DNA of 64,000 nucleotides from an uncultured virus (IMG/VR IMGVR_UViG_3300035497_000625) (taxonomy: Duplodnaviria > Heunggongvirae > Uroviricota > Caudoviricetes). The stretch lies in the IMG/VR virus record IMGVR_UViG_3300035497_000625, one strand, 5' to 3'. Shown piece after piece: positions 30,550 to 40,838 of the stretch (position 1 is its first letter; every line of letters starts with the position of its first letter). The position numbers were made by a program, and so were the translations under genes. Under the pieces are notes generated by a model. That model was not told the origin of the DNA. It made no database searches and was given only the letters and a program-made list of their open reading frames with translations.

Positions 30550-33500
30550 ATGGATATGAATAGTCTTAATGAAATCGCAAGATTTGATAATCATTCCCAT
30601 AGTGAGTATTCAAATATCCGTTTAATTGATTCAATTAATAAAATCCCTGATATGATAAAAACTGCTTATCAATTAGGTATGAAAGGTTTAGCATTAACTG
30701 ACCATGAATGCTTATGTGGTCATTTAAAATGGTTACAAGCAGAAGAACAATTAAAAAAAGACGGAATTATATCTCAAGATTTTAAATGTGCTTGTGGAAA
30801 TGAGATTTATTTAGTTGATGATAGAACAAATATTGAAAAATATTGGCACTATATTTTAATAGCAAAGAATAAAGAAGGGCATAGAGCATTAAGAGAATTA
30901 AGTTCAATAGCATGGTATAATAGTTTTTCATCTCGTGGTATGACAAGAGTACCAACAGAAAAGAAAGAACTAGAACAAATATTAAAAAAATATCCACACA
31001 GTTTAATTGCATCCAGTGCTTGTTTAGGAAATTTTCTTGACGATAGAGTATTAAAATTAGTTAAAGCTGAAAATCAAGACGATAAAGAATTAATTCTTCA
31101 GTACAAGAAAGAAATTGACGAGTATATACGTTGGAATATTGACTTATTTCAAGACGATTTTTACATTGAAATCGCCGCGGGAACATCAAAAGAACAAAGA
31201 ATTTTTAATAGTAGAATAAAAAGTATTGCACAATGTTATAAACGTAAAATTATCATTGGCTCAGATGCACATTATTTAACATCTAAAGAGCGCCCAGTTC
31301 ATAAAGCATATTTAAACTCTAAAGAAGGAGAAAGAGAAGTAGATGAATTTTATAAAGATGCTCACATGATGGATAATGAGGAGGCTTATGAAAATTTAAA
31401 AGATTTTTTCTCTATTGATGAGTTTGTTGAGATTTGTAATAATTCAATGGAAATTTATAATAAAATTGAACATTTTTCATTAGAACATACTTCAATTATT
31501 CCTGAGATTGCAGTTATAAATTATCCTAAAAAAGACTTTAATTTATCTCAATATCCAATTTTAACTTATTTATCTCAAAGTGATAATGAACAAGAAAGAT
31601 ATTGGTTAAATGAATGTATTAATGGATTAAATGAAAAAGGTTTATATAATGAAACTTATTTAAATCGTTTAGAAATTGAAGCAGATATAATCAAAACAGT
31701 AGGAGATAAATTAAATGATATTTTGTTTAAATATTTTAACACTTATAAACATTATATTGATTTATTTTGGGAATGTGGTTCAATCGTAGGGCCTGGAAGA
31801 GGTTCAAGCGTTTGTTTCTTATCTAACTATCTTTTAGGCATCACGCAATTAGATCCTATTGTTTGGAAATTAAAGGAATGGAGATTCTTAAATAAAGAAA
31901 GATTAGAATTGCCCGACGTTGATACAGATGTCAGTCCAAGTAAAAGAAAAAAGATTTTTGAAGCAATTAGAGAAGAACGTGGAGAAATTAACGTAGTACA
32001 AGTCTGTACTTTTGGTACAGAAGGTACTCGTTCAGCAATCGCCGCGGCAGGAAGAGGTTATCGTTCAGAAATATATCCAAATGGATTAGAGGTGGAAACA
32101 ACTCAATATTTAAGTGGATTAATTCCTCAAGAGAGAGGATTCTTATGGAGCATTCATGATGTTGTCTATGGAAATGAAGAAAAAGATAGAAAACCAATTT
32201 TAGCATTTGTAAATGAAGTAAATAAGTACCCTGGACTATTAAATATAATAGAATCAATAGAAGGATTAGTTAATAAAAGAGGTCAACACGCAAGTGGTGT
32301 TATCATGTATAATAATAACCCATATGAAACTGGTGCATTAATGAGAAGTCCAAACGGAGATTTAACAACTCAATTTTCATTACATGATGCAGAAAAAATG
32401 GGCGATGTAAAATATGATATATTGGTAACAGAAATTTGTGATAAGATTACAACTTGTATAGAATTAATGCAGAAAGATAATGTAATTCCAAATAATCAAT
32501 CTTTGCGCCAAATCTACAATCAATATCTTCATCCTAGCGTTCTAGATTTAGAAGATCAAAGATTATGGGATGCGCTTGGTAACGGCGAAGTATTAGATGT
32601 GTTCCAATTTAGTACTGGTGTTGGATTAGCAACAGCAAAACAAGTTAAGCCAAGAAATCCTATAGAGTTAACATCAGCAAATGCATTAATGAGATTAATG
32701 GGAGAGAAAGATAAAGAACGTCCATTGGATAGATATTGTAGATTAAGAAATAATATGGATTTATGGTATAAAGAAGTTAGAGAGCGAGGATTAAGCGAAG
32801 ACGAGATTAAATTATTAGAGCCTTATTATTTAGAAAATTATGGAGTTCCAGCCTCCCAAGAGGATTTAATGGAAGTATGTATGGATGAAAATATTGCTCA
32901 CTTTACATTAGCAGAAGCAAATATGGCAAGAAAAGTAGTTGCAAAAAAAGATATTAAAAAAGTGCCTGAATTAAAAAAGAAATTCTTAACACAATGTCCA
33001 AATGAATGTTTGGGTCAGTATGTATGGGATACAGTAATGATGCCACAAATGTCATATGCGTTTGCAAAACCTCATGCTCTCGCTTATAGTTTTGTTGGTA
33101 TTCAAACTCTTTATTTAGCAACAAATTATCCATCAATATATTGGAATTGTGCTTGTTTAATTGTTAATGCTGGCGGTGCAGATTTATTAGAAATAGATGA
33201 TATAAATGAAGAAGATGATAAAAAGAAAAATAAATCAGTTAACTATGGTAAAATTAGTGCGGCGATTGGCGAATCAAAGTCAAAGAATATTAATGTTCTT
33301 CCTCCTGATATTAATAAATCAGATTTAATTTTTAAACCAGATAAAGACAGAAATGCAATTATCTATGGAATGAAAGGTATTAATAGAATTGGCACTCAAT
33401 TGGTATTAGATATATTTAACAATCGTCCTTTTGATTCAATAGAAGATTTTCTTGAGAAAGTTAAAATTAATAAAGTTCAAATGATTAGTCTGATAAAAGC

Positions 33501-34467
33501 GGGAGTTTTTGATGAGCTTTATAAAAATCAAAATCGTAATGAAATCATGGATATGTATTTAGAATTAATTGCAGATAAAAAGAAAAGAATTACATTGCAG
33601 AATATGCAAATGTTGATTGCAAAAAATATGATTCCTCAAGAATTAGATTTTGAAAGAAGATTATTTAACTTCAATAAATATATTAAAAAATCAAAACATG
33701 ATGATTATTATAAATTAGATAATAATGCTATGAGATTTTTCTCTGAAAATTATGACATTAATTTACTTGAGCAATTAACAGTTGAAAATAATGTTCAAAC
33801 AGCTTATATAAAACAATCAATATGGGATGGAATATATAAAAGAGGAATGGAAAAAGTAAGAGTGTGGATGAAAGCCAATCAAGAGCAAATATTGAATGAT
33901 TTAAATCAATCATTATTAAATGACGTAGCAGAAAAATATACAGAGGGATCAATTTCAAAGTGGGAAATGGATAGCTTAGGATTCTACTATCATGCTCATG
34001 AACTAGATTCATTACAGAATGGTTTATATCATGTAGTTAATTTTAACAAATTACCTGAAAGTCCAATAGTTGAAACAAAAATTCAAAATAAAAATGGTGA
34101 TGTCATTACATTATATAAAATTGTACGTATAGCTGGAACAGTTATCGATAAAGATAAAAATAAAAGTTCAGTTACATTATTAACAACTACTGGTGTTGTT
34201 ACAGTAAAAGTTTGGAAAAATCAATTTGCACAATGGGATAAACAAATATCTCAAAGAGATAGCGAAGGAGTAAAACACGTAATTGAAAAATCATGGTTTA
34301 CAAGAGGAACTAAGTTAATTATAACTGGTATTAGAAGAGGAGATGATTTCATTCCTAAAAAATATAAAAACACTGAATATCCATTATTTGAAAAGATAGA
34401 TGAGCTAAGCGAAAAAGGAATTATCATTCAATCATCAACAGAAAGAATTGAAGAGGAGGATTTATAA
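30550..34467 (+). CDS. dnaE: DNA polymerase III alpha subunit
   Basis: PHP (HSH, TDH, SDAH), GPGRGS, LPDVDTD, HASGV, KYDIL, AF.KPH..AY, C-terminal OB fold. Confidence 0.95.
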   Translation: MDMNSLNEIARFDNHSHSEYSNIRLIDSINKIPDMIKTAYQLGMKGLALTDHECLCGHLKWLQAEEQLKKDGIISQDFKCACGNEIYLVDDRTNIEKYWHYILIAKNKEGHRALRELSSIAWYNSFSSRGMTRVPTEKKELEQILKKYPHSLIASSACLGNFLDDRVLKLVKAENQDDKELILQYKKEIDEYIRWNIDLFQDDFYIEIAAGTSKEQRIFNSRIKSIAQCYKRKIIIGSDAHYLTSKERPVHKAYLNSKEGEREVDEFYKDAHMMDNEEAYENLKDFFSIDEFVEICNNSMEIYNKIEHFSLEHTSIIPEIAVINYPKKDFNLSQYPILTYLSQSDNEQERYWLNECINGLNEKGLYNETYLNRLEIEADIIKTVGDKLNDILFKYFNTYKHYIDLFWECGSIVGPGRGSSVCFLSNYLLGITQLDPIVWKLKEWRFLNKERLELPDVDTDVSPSKRKKIFEAIREERGEINVVQVCTFGTEGTRSAIAAAGRGYRSEIYPNGLEVETTQYLSGLIPQERGFLWSIHDVVYGNEEKDRKPILAFVNEVNKYPGLLNIIESIEGLVNKRGQHASGVIMYNNNPYETGALMRSPNGDLTTQFSLHDAEKMGDVKYDILVTEICDKITTCIELMQKDNVIPNNQSLRQIYNQYLHPSVLDLEDQRLWDALGNGEVLDVFQFSTGVGLATAKQVKPRNPIELTSANALMRLMGEKDKERPLDRYCRLRNNMDLWYKEVRERGLSEDEIKLLEPYYLENYGVPASQEDLMEVCMDENIAHFTLAEANMARKVVAKKDIKKVPELKKKFLTQCPNECLGQYVWDTVMMPQMSYAFAKPHALAYSFVGIQTLYLATNYPSIYWNCACLIVNAGGADLLEIDDINEEDDKKKNKSVNYGKISAAIGESKSKNINVLPPDINKSDLIFKPDKDRNAIIYGMKGINRIGTQLVLDIFNNRPFDSIEDFLEKVKINKVQMISLIKAGVFDELYKNQNRNEIMDMYLELIADKKKRITLQNMQMLIAKNMIPQELDFERRLFNFNKYIKKSKHDDYYKLDNNAMRFFSENYDINLLEQLTVENNVQTAYIKQSIWDGIYKRGMEKVRVWMKANQEQILNDLNQSLLNDVAEKYTEGSISKWEMDSLGFYYHAHELDSLQNGLYHVVNFNKLPESPIVETKIQNKNGDVITLYKIVRIAGTVIDKDKNKSSVTLLTTTGVVTVKVWKNQFAQWDKQISQRDSEGVKHVIEKSWFTRGTKLIITGIRRGDDFIPKKYKNTEYPLFEKIDELSEKGIIIQSSTERIEEEDL

Positions 34468-35393
34468 TGGTAGTAGGTTTATATGACCAAGATTTATCAT
34501 ATCCAAATTATGTCCCAAACCTTGAGATGATGAAAGTTTTTAACTTTCATCACTCAAAAGGAGATATAGTAAAACTGATTCAATATCCTGAAAAGGAAGA
34601 GCTAGGTAGATATAATCAAATATGGTACTTTAAAAATTATTTTAATACAAAATTTCAAAAAACGATTTTGGCGCAAGATAACGTAATAACATATGGGCAA
34701 GGTATCATAAAAGCTTTTCAACCATTACCTATTGAATATCAACCATATTCACCTAATTATCTAGTTTATTCTCTACTTAATAAGCCGCCGAAGATATTGA
34801 CTAAAGTTGAAAAACATGGTATAATAAGATTAGAAAATCAAGATTTGACTGGATATAAAGAAAGCAAAAGGAGTATTTATATTGTAGATATCAATCCATT
34901 ATATGTAAATGGCTGGGATTTATGTCAAGAATTAAAAACACATCATAATTTAATTTTCTTACATAGAACCGCGGCGAAAGATTTAGAAACATTTTTACAA
35001 TGGTATTCAATAGCAACTGCTAATAGAAACAACATCGTAGTTGAATTTGATTATACTGATGAGTTCTTTAAGGAATTTATCGATTTAGATAGATTAATTT
35101 TTTCATACCCTGATTTTACACAAAAAGATTTTATTACTTTTCTTAATCAATATGTTAATAATATCTACTATAGTATTAAAAATAATAAAACTCTTAGATA
35201 TGAAAAAATTTATCAACCACCAAATAATGAAATGAAATTTATAAAATTAATATGGGATTGGTTCTTATCAAAAGAAAAAGTTTCATTTTATAAATTTTAT
35301 GAAAATAATAATAAGGAGTATAATTTCATTGAAAAAATTTTACAAGACAAAAAAGATATTAGATTATTATTAAAATCAAATCCATATAGATAG
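34467..35393 (+). CDS. Hypothetical protein with radical-SAM-associated N-terminus
   Basis: GLYDQD...PNLEMMK....H.SKGD.V; no CxxxCxxC. Confidence 0.6.
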   Translation: MVVGLYDQDLSYPNYVPNLEMMKVFNFHHSKGDIVKLIQYPEKEELGRYNQIWYFKNYFNTKFQKTILAQDNVITYGQGIIKAFQPLPIEYQPYSPNYLVYSLLNKPPKILTKVEKHGIIRLENQDLTGYKESKRSIYIVDINPLYVNGWDLCQELKTHHNLIFLHRTAAKDLETFLQWYSIATANRNNIVVEFDYTDEFFKEFIDLDRLIFSYPDFTQKDFITFLNQYVNNIYYSIKNNKTLRYEKIYQPPNNEMKFIKLIWDWFLSKEKVSFYKFYENNNKEYNFIEKILQDKKDIRLLLKSNPYR

Positions 35394-35404
35394 GAGGTAT
35401 TTAA

Positions 35405-35605
35405 ATGTTAACAACCTTTGAAATTCAAACTCAAGTGAAGGATATAATAAATGAGTTAAATAATTTAGTTCATGGAGGAACTTTTACTTATCAACCTAAG
35501 ATTGAACAATTAACAACTCAATTAAATATAATTAGAAATGGCTGCCCACATAGTTATAAAAATGGAAAATGTGAGTATTGTCAAAAGGAGGAAACAAATG
35601 AGTAA
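35405..35605 (+). CDS. Small protein with C-terminal Zn-ribbon-like CPH...CEYC
   Basis: AGGAGG RBS, overlaps the next gene start. Confidence 0.65.
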   Translation: MLTTFEIQTQVKDIINELNNLVHGGTFTYQPKIEQLTTQLNIIRNGCPHSYKNGKCEYCQKEETNE

Positions 35606-36329
35606 TGAAGTAATGAATGAAATTAATTTTTTAGATGATAATGGTAAACTAAAGCCACTTGAAGTAATTTTAAATCAAATTGCTGAAATTTATGATGAAA
35701 TTGCTGAAGAAGAAATTCCTCAATTGGGTGGATTTTTAGATGAGATTTTATCAAATGAAAAATTACAAGATACAGAAAAAGCTTATGAAGCAGTTGATTT
35801 CTTAGAAAGATGTCTATATTTAAATCAAGAAATTACACCAGAACACGCTACACTAATATTTAATTCAATTAAATTTTGGAACTTAGCTGATGAAATGGAT
35901 GAGATACCAGTGGCAGATAGAATCCCAATTAAGATTTATATTGATACCCCTGGCGGCGATTTATATGCAACACTATCAATTATAGATACAATTGGATTAT
36001 CTAAAACTCCTGTACACACTATAACAATAGGAAATGGATTTAGTGGTGGATTTTTTATTGGCATTAGCGGCCATAAACGTTATGCTTTTCCACATTCATC
36101 TTTCTTATTCCATGAGGGTTCTTGCACATATGAAGGAGACGCTCATAAATTTAATGAACATGGAGAACATTATAAGATTCTATTAAAGAAAATTCGTAAG
36201 CACGTTCTAAATAAGACAAAGATAGATGAAGAGTTTTATGATAAGATTCGTAAAGATGACTATTGGTTTACGGCTGAAGAAGCCATTCAATATGGCATTA
36301 TAGATGAAATTGCAACAAGTTTAATATAA
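35598..36329 (+). CDS. clpP: ClpP-like peptidase
   Basis: IYIDTPGG, catalytic GFSGG, FLFHE, DYWFTAEEA..YGIIDEI; ATG 35598 follows AGGAGG. Confidence 0.88.
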   Translation: MSNEVMNEINFLDDNGKLKPLEVILNQIAEIYDEIAEEEIPQLGGFLDEILSNEKLQDTEKAYEAVDFLERCLYLNQEITPEHATLIFNSIKFWNLADEMDEIPVADRIPIKIYIDTPGGDLYATLSIIDTIGLSKTPVHTITIGNGFSGGFFIGISGHKRYAFPHSSFLFHEGSCTYEGDAHKFNEHGEHYKILLKKIRKHVLNKTKIDEEFYDKIRKDDYWFTAEEAIQYGIIDEIATSLI

Positions 36330-36343
36330 TGGAGGATTAAAAT

Positions 36344-37117
36344 ATGACTGATAATTTAAGAGAATTTTTAGTAGCATTAGGTAATGGTGGAGATGATTTT
36401 GTTAAGCTTATAGAGCTAGATGATAAACAGTTTGAGATAAGTTATCCATCTATAAAGAATATATTTGCAGAAACTTTTAATTCAGTTGAATTTAAAGAAT
36501 CATTAAGACAACAAATTATAATTACTCCTCATAGTTCAATAGAAAATGAGCAAAAAGGTATTGATACAATTCTTGATGAGATTAATGGTGATGATAGTCT
36601 TTCTGACCTAAAGAAAGAATTGCTCATATACATTGTACAATCATCTTCTGCACAAGCATTAGACTATATGCAAAATCCATCAAAGAGAATTGATATACAA
36701 ATTGTTAAGAGTAATCCAGACGCAGTAATTCCAACTTATGCTCATGATGGAGATGCTGGTATGGACGTTTATGCACCAAGTGAAGTTACTATTCCAGCGG
36801 GCGAAACAGTGATTGTTCCTACTGGTTTAAAGGTTGCTATTCCTATTGGTTATGAAATTCAAGTAAGAAGCAGAAGCGGTATGGCGGCTAAAACAAAGTT
36901 GAGAATTGCTAATGGTGTTGGTACTATTGATAGCAATTATCGCGGCGAAATTGGTGTTATTTTTGATAATATTGGTTCTGAAGATTATACAATTAATAAA
37001 GGCGATAGAATTGCTCAACTAGTACTAAACGAAGTTCCAATCGCTAATTTCATTGAAGTAAATGAATTAGATGATACAAATAGAGGAGAAGGCGGCTTTG
37101 GTTCTAGTGGTAAATAA
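36344..37117 (+). CDS. dut: Trimeric dUTPase with N-terminal extension
   Basis: AGMDV, RSG, GTIDSNYRGE, GDRIAQL, RGEGGFGSSG. Confidence 0.93.
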   Translation: MTDNLREFLVALGNGGDDFVKLIELDDKQFEISYPSIKNIFAETFNSVEFKESLRQQIIITPHSSIENEQKGIDTILDEINGDDSLSDLKKELLIYIVQSSSAQALDYMQNPSKRIDIQIVKSNPDAVIPTYAHDGDAGMDVYAPSEVTIPAGETVIVPTGLKVAIPIGYEIQVRSRSGMAAKTKLRIANGVGTIDSNYRGEIGVIFDNIGSEDYTINKGDRIAQLVLNEVPIANFIEVNELDDTNRGEGGFGSSGK

Positions 37118-37842
37118 TGAGTAAATTAAAATATGATGATGTAAAACAGGAGGTAGTAAGTAGTGGTTGGGATTTAATCTCAACCACTTATTTGAACCTA
37201 AAAAGTGAGATGGAATTTAAATGCCCTAATGATCATTCTGTGTTCCTATCTCTTGATAAATGGAGAAGAAAACCAATCTGTCCGCTCTGCTCACAGAATC
37301 CTCATTTTAGCGTAGATTGCCGCCCCGTTAAAAAAACAGGTTTTAGAGTATTAGCTTTTGATCAAGCAACAATTACTAGTGGATGGAGTGTGTATGATTC
37401 AGGCCATCTCATAAAGTACGGAAAATGGCAATCGGAAGGAAATAATCATACGGAACGAGTTAGTAAAACGAAACAGTGGGTGGCTTCAATGATTGAAAAT
37501 TGGCATCCAGATATAGTTGCTTTTGAGGATATTCAATTGCAACAATTAGAGAGTGGTAGAAATGAAAGTGTTACTACTTATAAAAAATTAGCCTCATTAC
37601 AAGGTGTTTTGATTAATTATACCTATGAGAAAGGAATCCCATTCTCTGTTGTGCCGCCTGGGACATGGAGAAATTACAATCAAATTAAAGGACGCTCACG
37701 TTCAGATCAAAAGAAAAATGCACAAATTAAGGTTAAGACTTTATTTGATATTAACGTTACTAATGATGAAGCAGACGCAATTTTAATTGGACGATATGTT
37801 GATTATGTTCAATCTCAAAGCCAAATGGTTGAATTTATATAA
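37117..37842 (+). CDS. ruvC: RuvC-like Holliday junction resolvase with N-terminal zinc ribbon
   Basis: LAFDQAT..SGW, VAFEDI, DEADAILIG; N-terminal CPNDH...CPLC. Confidence 0.75.
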   Translation: MSKLKYDDVKQEVVSSGWDLISTTYLNLKSEMEFKCPNDHSVFLSLDKWRRKPICPLCSQNPHFSVDCRPVKKTGFRVLAFDQATITSGWSVYDSGHLIKYGKWQSEGNNHTERVSKTKQWVASMIENWHPDIVAFEDIQLQQLESGRNESVTTYKKLASLQGVLINYTYEKGIPFSVVPPGTWRNYNQIKGRSRSDQKKNAQIKVKTLFDINVTNDEADAILIGRYVDYVQSQSQMVEFI

Positions 37843-37844
37843 AG

Positions 37845-37876
37845 AAAAGGAGTAGATTAAAAATCTACTCCTTTTT
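37845..37876. terminator. Bidirectional terminator where the two genome arms converge
   Basis: AAAAGGAGTAGATT-AAA-AATCTACTCCTTTTT. Confidence 0.8.
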
Positions 37877-37879
37877 ATT

Positions 37880-38323
37880 TTACCAATTTTTCATCATGTG
37901 GATGTGTTTTTTAATAACTTCTTTCTCTTTATCTGTACTAGCATAGTCATAAAGTTCCTCAACAAATGAACAAATAGTTTCCATAACTACACTAATGCCT
38001 GCAATTTTATCCTCTTGATTTTCGCCGCTAAGATATTCATCTACGCCATTTTTTATTTTTGTAGTGTATTTATGCATACGACTATGGAGTGGACTTGTTT
38101 CTCTTGTTCCATATGAGCCACTTGCTTCCCAAGTACCTGCTTGTTCATCAACAGAGTAAGTCATTTCCTCTCCTTTTTTAGTCTTATAATCATAATAACA
38201 ACTCTCTTTAATATCTTTATAAATATCTATTAGCTTAAAAGTTGCATCAAGATTTGCGTTTGTAATTCCTTTTTCTCCAATAGTATGGAGTTCTTTTTCT
38301 ACTTTTTTCAATAACTGTTCCAT
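37880..38323 (-). CDS. Hypothetical protein (cassette gene 5)
   Basis: 147-aa helical ORF closely coupled to the upstream gene. Confidence 0.75.
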   Translation of the reverse strand: MEQLLKKVEKELHTIGEKGITNANLDATFKLIDIYKDIKESCYYDYKTKKGEEMTYSVDEQAGTWEASGSYGTRETSPLHSRMHKYTTKIKNGVDEYLSGENQEDKIAGISVVMETICSFVEELYDYASTDKEKEVIKKHIHMMKNW

Positions 38324-38326
38324 AAA

Positions 38327-38758
38327 TTATTCCTCCTCTGTATTTTCAGTATTTGTTTCTGCCGTACTTTTCGCGGCAGCAATAGGTAAAGATAAAATGC
38401 TAGAACAAGAGGAAGAAGAATTTCTACAAACTGGTCCAGTAAGCTGGAATACTCCACTTTGGATATTTGTATGAACTACTGTAGAGTAACGTGTTCTAGA
38501 TTGAATTTCATAAGCATTTACATTTGTACAGTTACTATTGACTAGTGGATATTGAGTTGTACCTGTACCAATAGTGATCACAACATTCGCCGCGATAGTT
38601 GTAGTTGTAGGAATTGATTGTGCTACTATTATACAATATTTTTCATCATTCTCATAATTACCACTAGGTATATTGATGATTAATGTTCCATTAGAAAACG
38701 TTACACTTTGTGAAATTATTAAATGCTCACAAAGACATTTTGCTGTAGGACAACTCAT
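38327..38758 (-). CDS. Hypothetical Cys-rich beta protein (cassette gene 4)
   Basis: GGAGG RBS; MSCPTAKCLCEHL... Confidence 0.75.
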   Translation of the reverse strand: MSCPTAKCLCEHLIISQSVTFSNGTLIINIPSGNYENDEKYCIIVAQSIPTTTTIAANVVITIGTGTTQYPLVNSNCTNVNAYEIQSRTRYSTVVHTNIQSGVFQLTGPVCRNSSSSCSSILSLPIAAAKSTAETNTENTEEE

Positions 38759-38771
38759 ACGTCATCCCTCC

Positions 38772-39682
38772 TTAACAACAACCGCAACTATTGTTATTAT
38801 TGAATGTACCGTTGCCGCCAAATCCACCTAGAGGGGCAGACATATAAGGACTTTGAACCAAATAAGCTGGGCGTGCAACAGGTTGTAGTTGATTAATTAT
38901 ATTGCTAGTTTGAGCTTGCTGTGATAGTTGGAAATTAGCAGATTGTAATTGATTCCTTAGAGCATCCATCTCAGATTGAACTAGATGGTTGATGATTCTA
39001 TCAGTATTTTTATCTGCATTTGAGATTATGTCACAAGTGGATTGAGCTAGAGCATACTTTAGATTTTCCTGTCCGTTCTGTACGCCGCAGAATCCTTGTT
39101 GCATTGTATTTTGGATACCATTAAATGATGTTTGATTGTTAAAGTTGGATTGCATTATGGATTCTCTTGTTTCACAACAGCAATCTTTCATATTATAGTT
39201 AGTTTGTGCTAGTGCACTTTGTACTCCGTTAAAGCCTTGATTCATTGCGTTTTGAGTGCAATTGAAACCTTGATTTAAAGTGCTTTGGATTCCGTTAACA
39301 CCTTGATTAATTGACATTTGTAGTGAATCGGAATTTTGGTTAATAGCATTTTGAATATCAAACTGACCTCTTACATTTGATACTTCATTATTATAAAAAC
39401 CATTCTGCATTTGTGATCCTAGACCAGCGATTTCATTACTTGTTGTATAGAAACCTTGGCAAAGACCATTTTGAACTCCTCTAACACCATTTTGTAGGTT
39501 ATTAAAGTTAAAAGCATCAGTTACTCCTTGCTGTGTAGCTGGAGTGCAACAAGCATTATATCCATTGTTGCCGCCTAAATTAGCTGGAATAACTACTGTG
39601 TTAGTACCTTCGTTACCTCCGTTATTGTTGCGATTGCCGCCCCAACCTGCAAAAGCAAAGAATAGGATTAAAATGATGACCC
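38772..39682 (-). CDS. GW/Asn/Gln-rich CCC-motif protein, exon 2 (spliced 337 aa)
   Basis: Frame stays open upstream of the track ORF: WVIILILFFAFAGWGGNRNN...ACC...DCCCETRE...SCGCC. Confidence 0.82.
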
Positions 39683-40442
39683 CAAATTGTTATCATATAA
39701 GTTTTTTATCTTATATTTCTATTACTTTCTATTCGTAATAGTTCAGCATAACTTTTCAACTATTTAATTTTTCCATGTCTTATAATTTTTAATATCATTA
39801 ATGGTATGAATTGAAACATTATATAAATCAGCCAATTCTCGACTAGAATGTGTATTATCAGCTCTAATATAATCAACTTGCATTTGATTTAATTTAGACC
39901 AAGGACAATCTTCTCCTTGTAAATGTAACTTATTTTTTATTGCATGATCTCTATTTTCTTGATTTGTTACCCATTCTAAATTTTCTACTGAATTATTATT
40001 TTTATTACCATCCTTATGATTTACCTGTTCCTTATTCTCTGGATTTGGAATATATTTTTCAGCTACTAATCTATGAATAAAATATCGCTTACCACAAAGA
40101 TTAACTCTTAAATATCCTTTACTATTTGGTTGAGGTTTTAAGATGTGATTGTTCCTACTATTTATAACTTCTCCAGTCTTAGTAATAATATATTCATCCA
40201 TTGTCATTGATTTTTGTGACATAGAATCCACTCCTTTTTTTATTTTTATTATAACATATTTTTATTAAGGAGTCAATAATTAAATAGTGTCGCGGCCTCG
40301 TGGGAGTGTTATATCTTTTCAACTCCTATGCGTTGTCCCTGACTTAATTCTATTAAGCCTTCGGTTCGGATTAGCATTTCAGCCTTCCCGCTTAATTCCG
40401 CGATTATTCGATATAAGTCACCTTATAAAGTGGCAGGTTTCT
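39683..40442 (-). mobile_element. Group I intron (760 nt) with HNH endonuclease
   Basis: P1 UGGU/GCCA with U.G; P3 TCGCGG/CCGCGA; P7 GCATA/TATGC; terminal G 39683; splice gives GA-W-W-VII. Confidence 0.88.
39764..40231 (-). CDS. Intron-encoded HNH homing endonuclease
   Basis: GYLRV.L, IHRLVA..YIPNP, VNHKDGNK.NN...NLEW, C-terminal HTH. Confidence 0.9.
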   Translation of the reverse strand: MDSMSQKSMTMDEYIITKTGEVINSRNNHILKPQPNSKGYLRVNLCGKRYFIHRLVAEKYIPNPENKEQVNHKDGNKNNNSVENLEWVTNQENRDHAIKNKLHLQGEDCPWSKLNQMQVDYIRADNTHSSRELADLYNVSIHTINDIKNYKTWKN

Positions 40443-40545
40443 ACCATGCACCATTTGCTCCACCAAAAGTACCGTCTGTGTTTTGTGTACCATTCTTGTT
40501 CTGTAATGCTAAAGCATCAGCAACTGATAGTCCGTTTTCTCCCAT
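40443..40545 (-). CDS. GW/Asn/Gln-rich CCC-motif protein, exon 1
   Basis: AGGAGG RBS; MGENGLSVADALALQNKNGTQNTDGTFGGANGAW+T. Confidence 0.82.
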
Positions 40546-40595
40546 AAAAGATTCCTCCTAAAAAATAATATAGTATTTATTTAATTGTTAAAGGC

Positions 40596-40838
40596 TTATT
40601 GCAATAAGGACATAAAATTATTAAATTCAGTATCAAAGTTTTTTCCTTGTTTTGCAAATACGTCTTCAGCAACTTTAGTTAAGCTTGTCATATCGCCTGA
40701 TTCGGCATATCCAATTAATTCATTAATCATTGGATCATTAATGTTATTGTTTTTAATCATTGACATTACTAATTCCTGTGGATTTCTGCCTTTTAATAGG
40801 CCAACTAATTCCATAGGATTCATATTAAAATTTATCAT
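40596..40838 (-). CDS. Hypothetical protein (cassette gene 2, NPM..NPQ..DPM repeats)
   Basis: ATGA overlap with the upstream stop, GGAGG RBS. Confidence 0.7.
   Translation of the reverse strand: MINFNMNPMELVGLLKGRNPQELVMSMIKNNNINDPMINELIGYAESGDMTSLTKVAEDVFAKQGKNFDTEFNNFMSLLQ

Noticed and set aside
30550..34467. Intein or intron in dnaE or nrdD
   Set aside because: ORFs are continuous and of normal length; no intein C...HN boundary seen
37117..37842. TnpB/Cas12-like RNA-guided nuclease
   Set aside because: Only 241 aa with a contiguous resolvase-type RuvC, no adjacent non-coding RNA or transposon ends
40287..40547. 86-aa plus-strand ORF (also 58376-58600)
   Set aside because: Antisense to intron cores; open because of locally higher GC, no RBS
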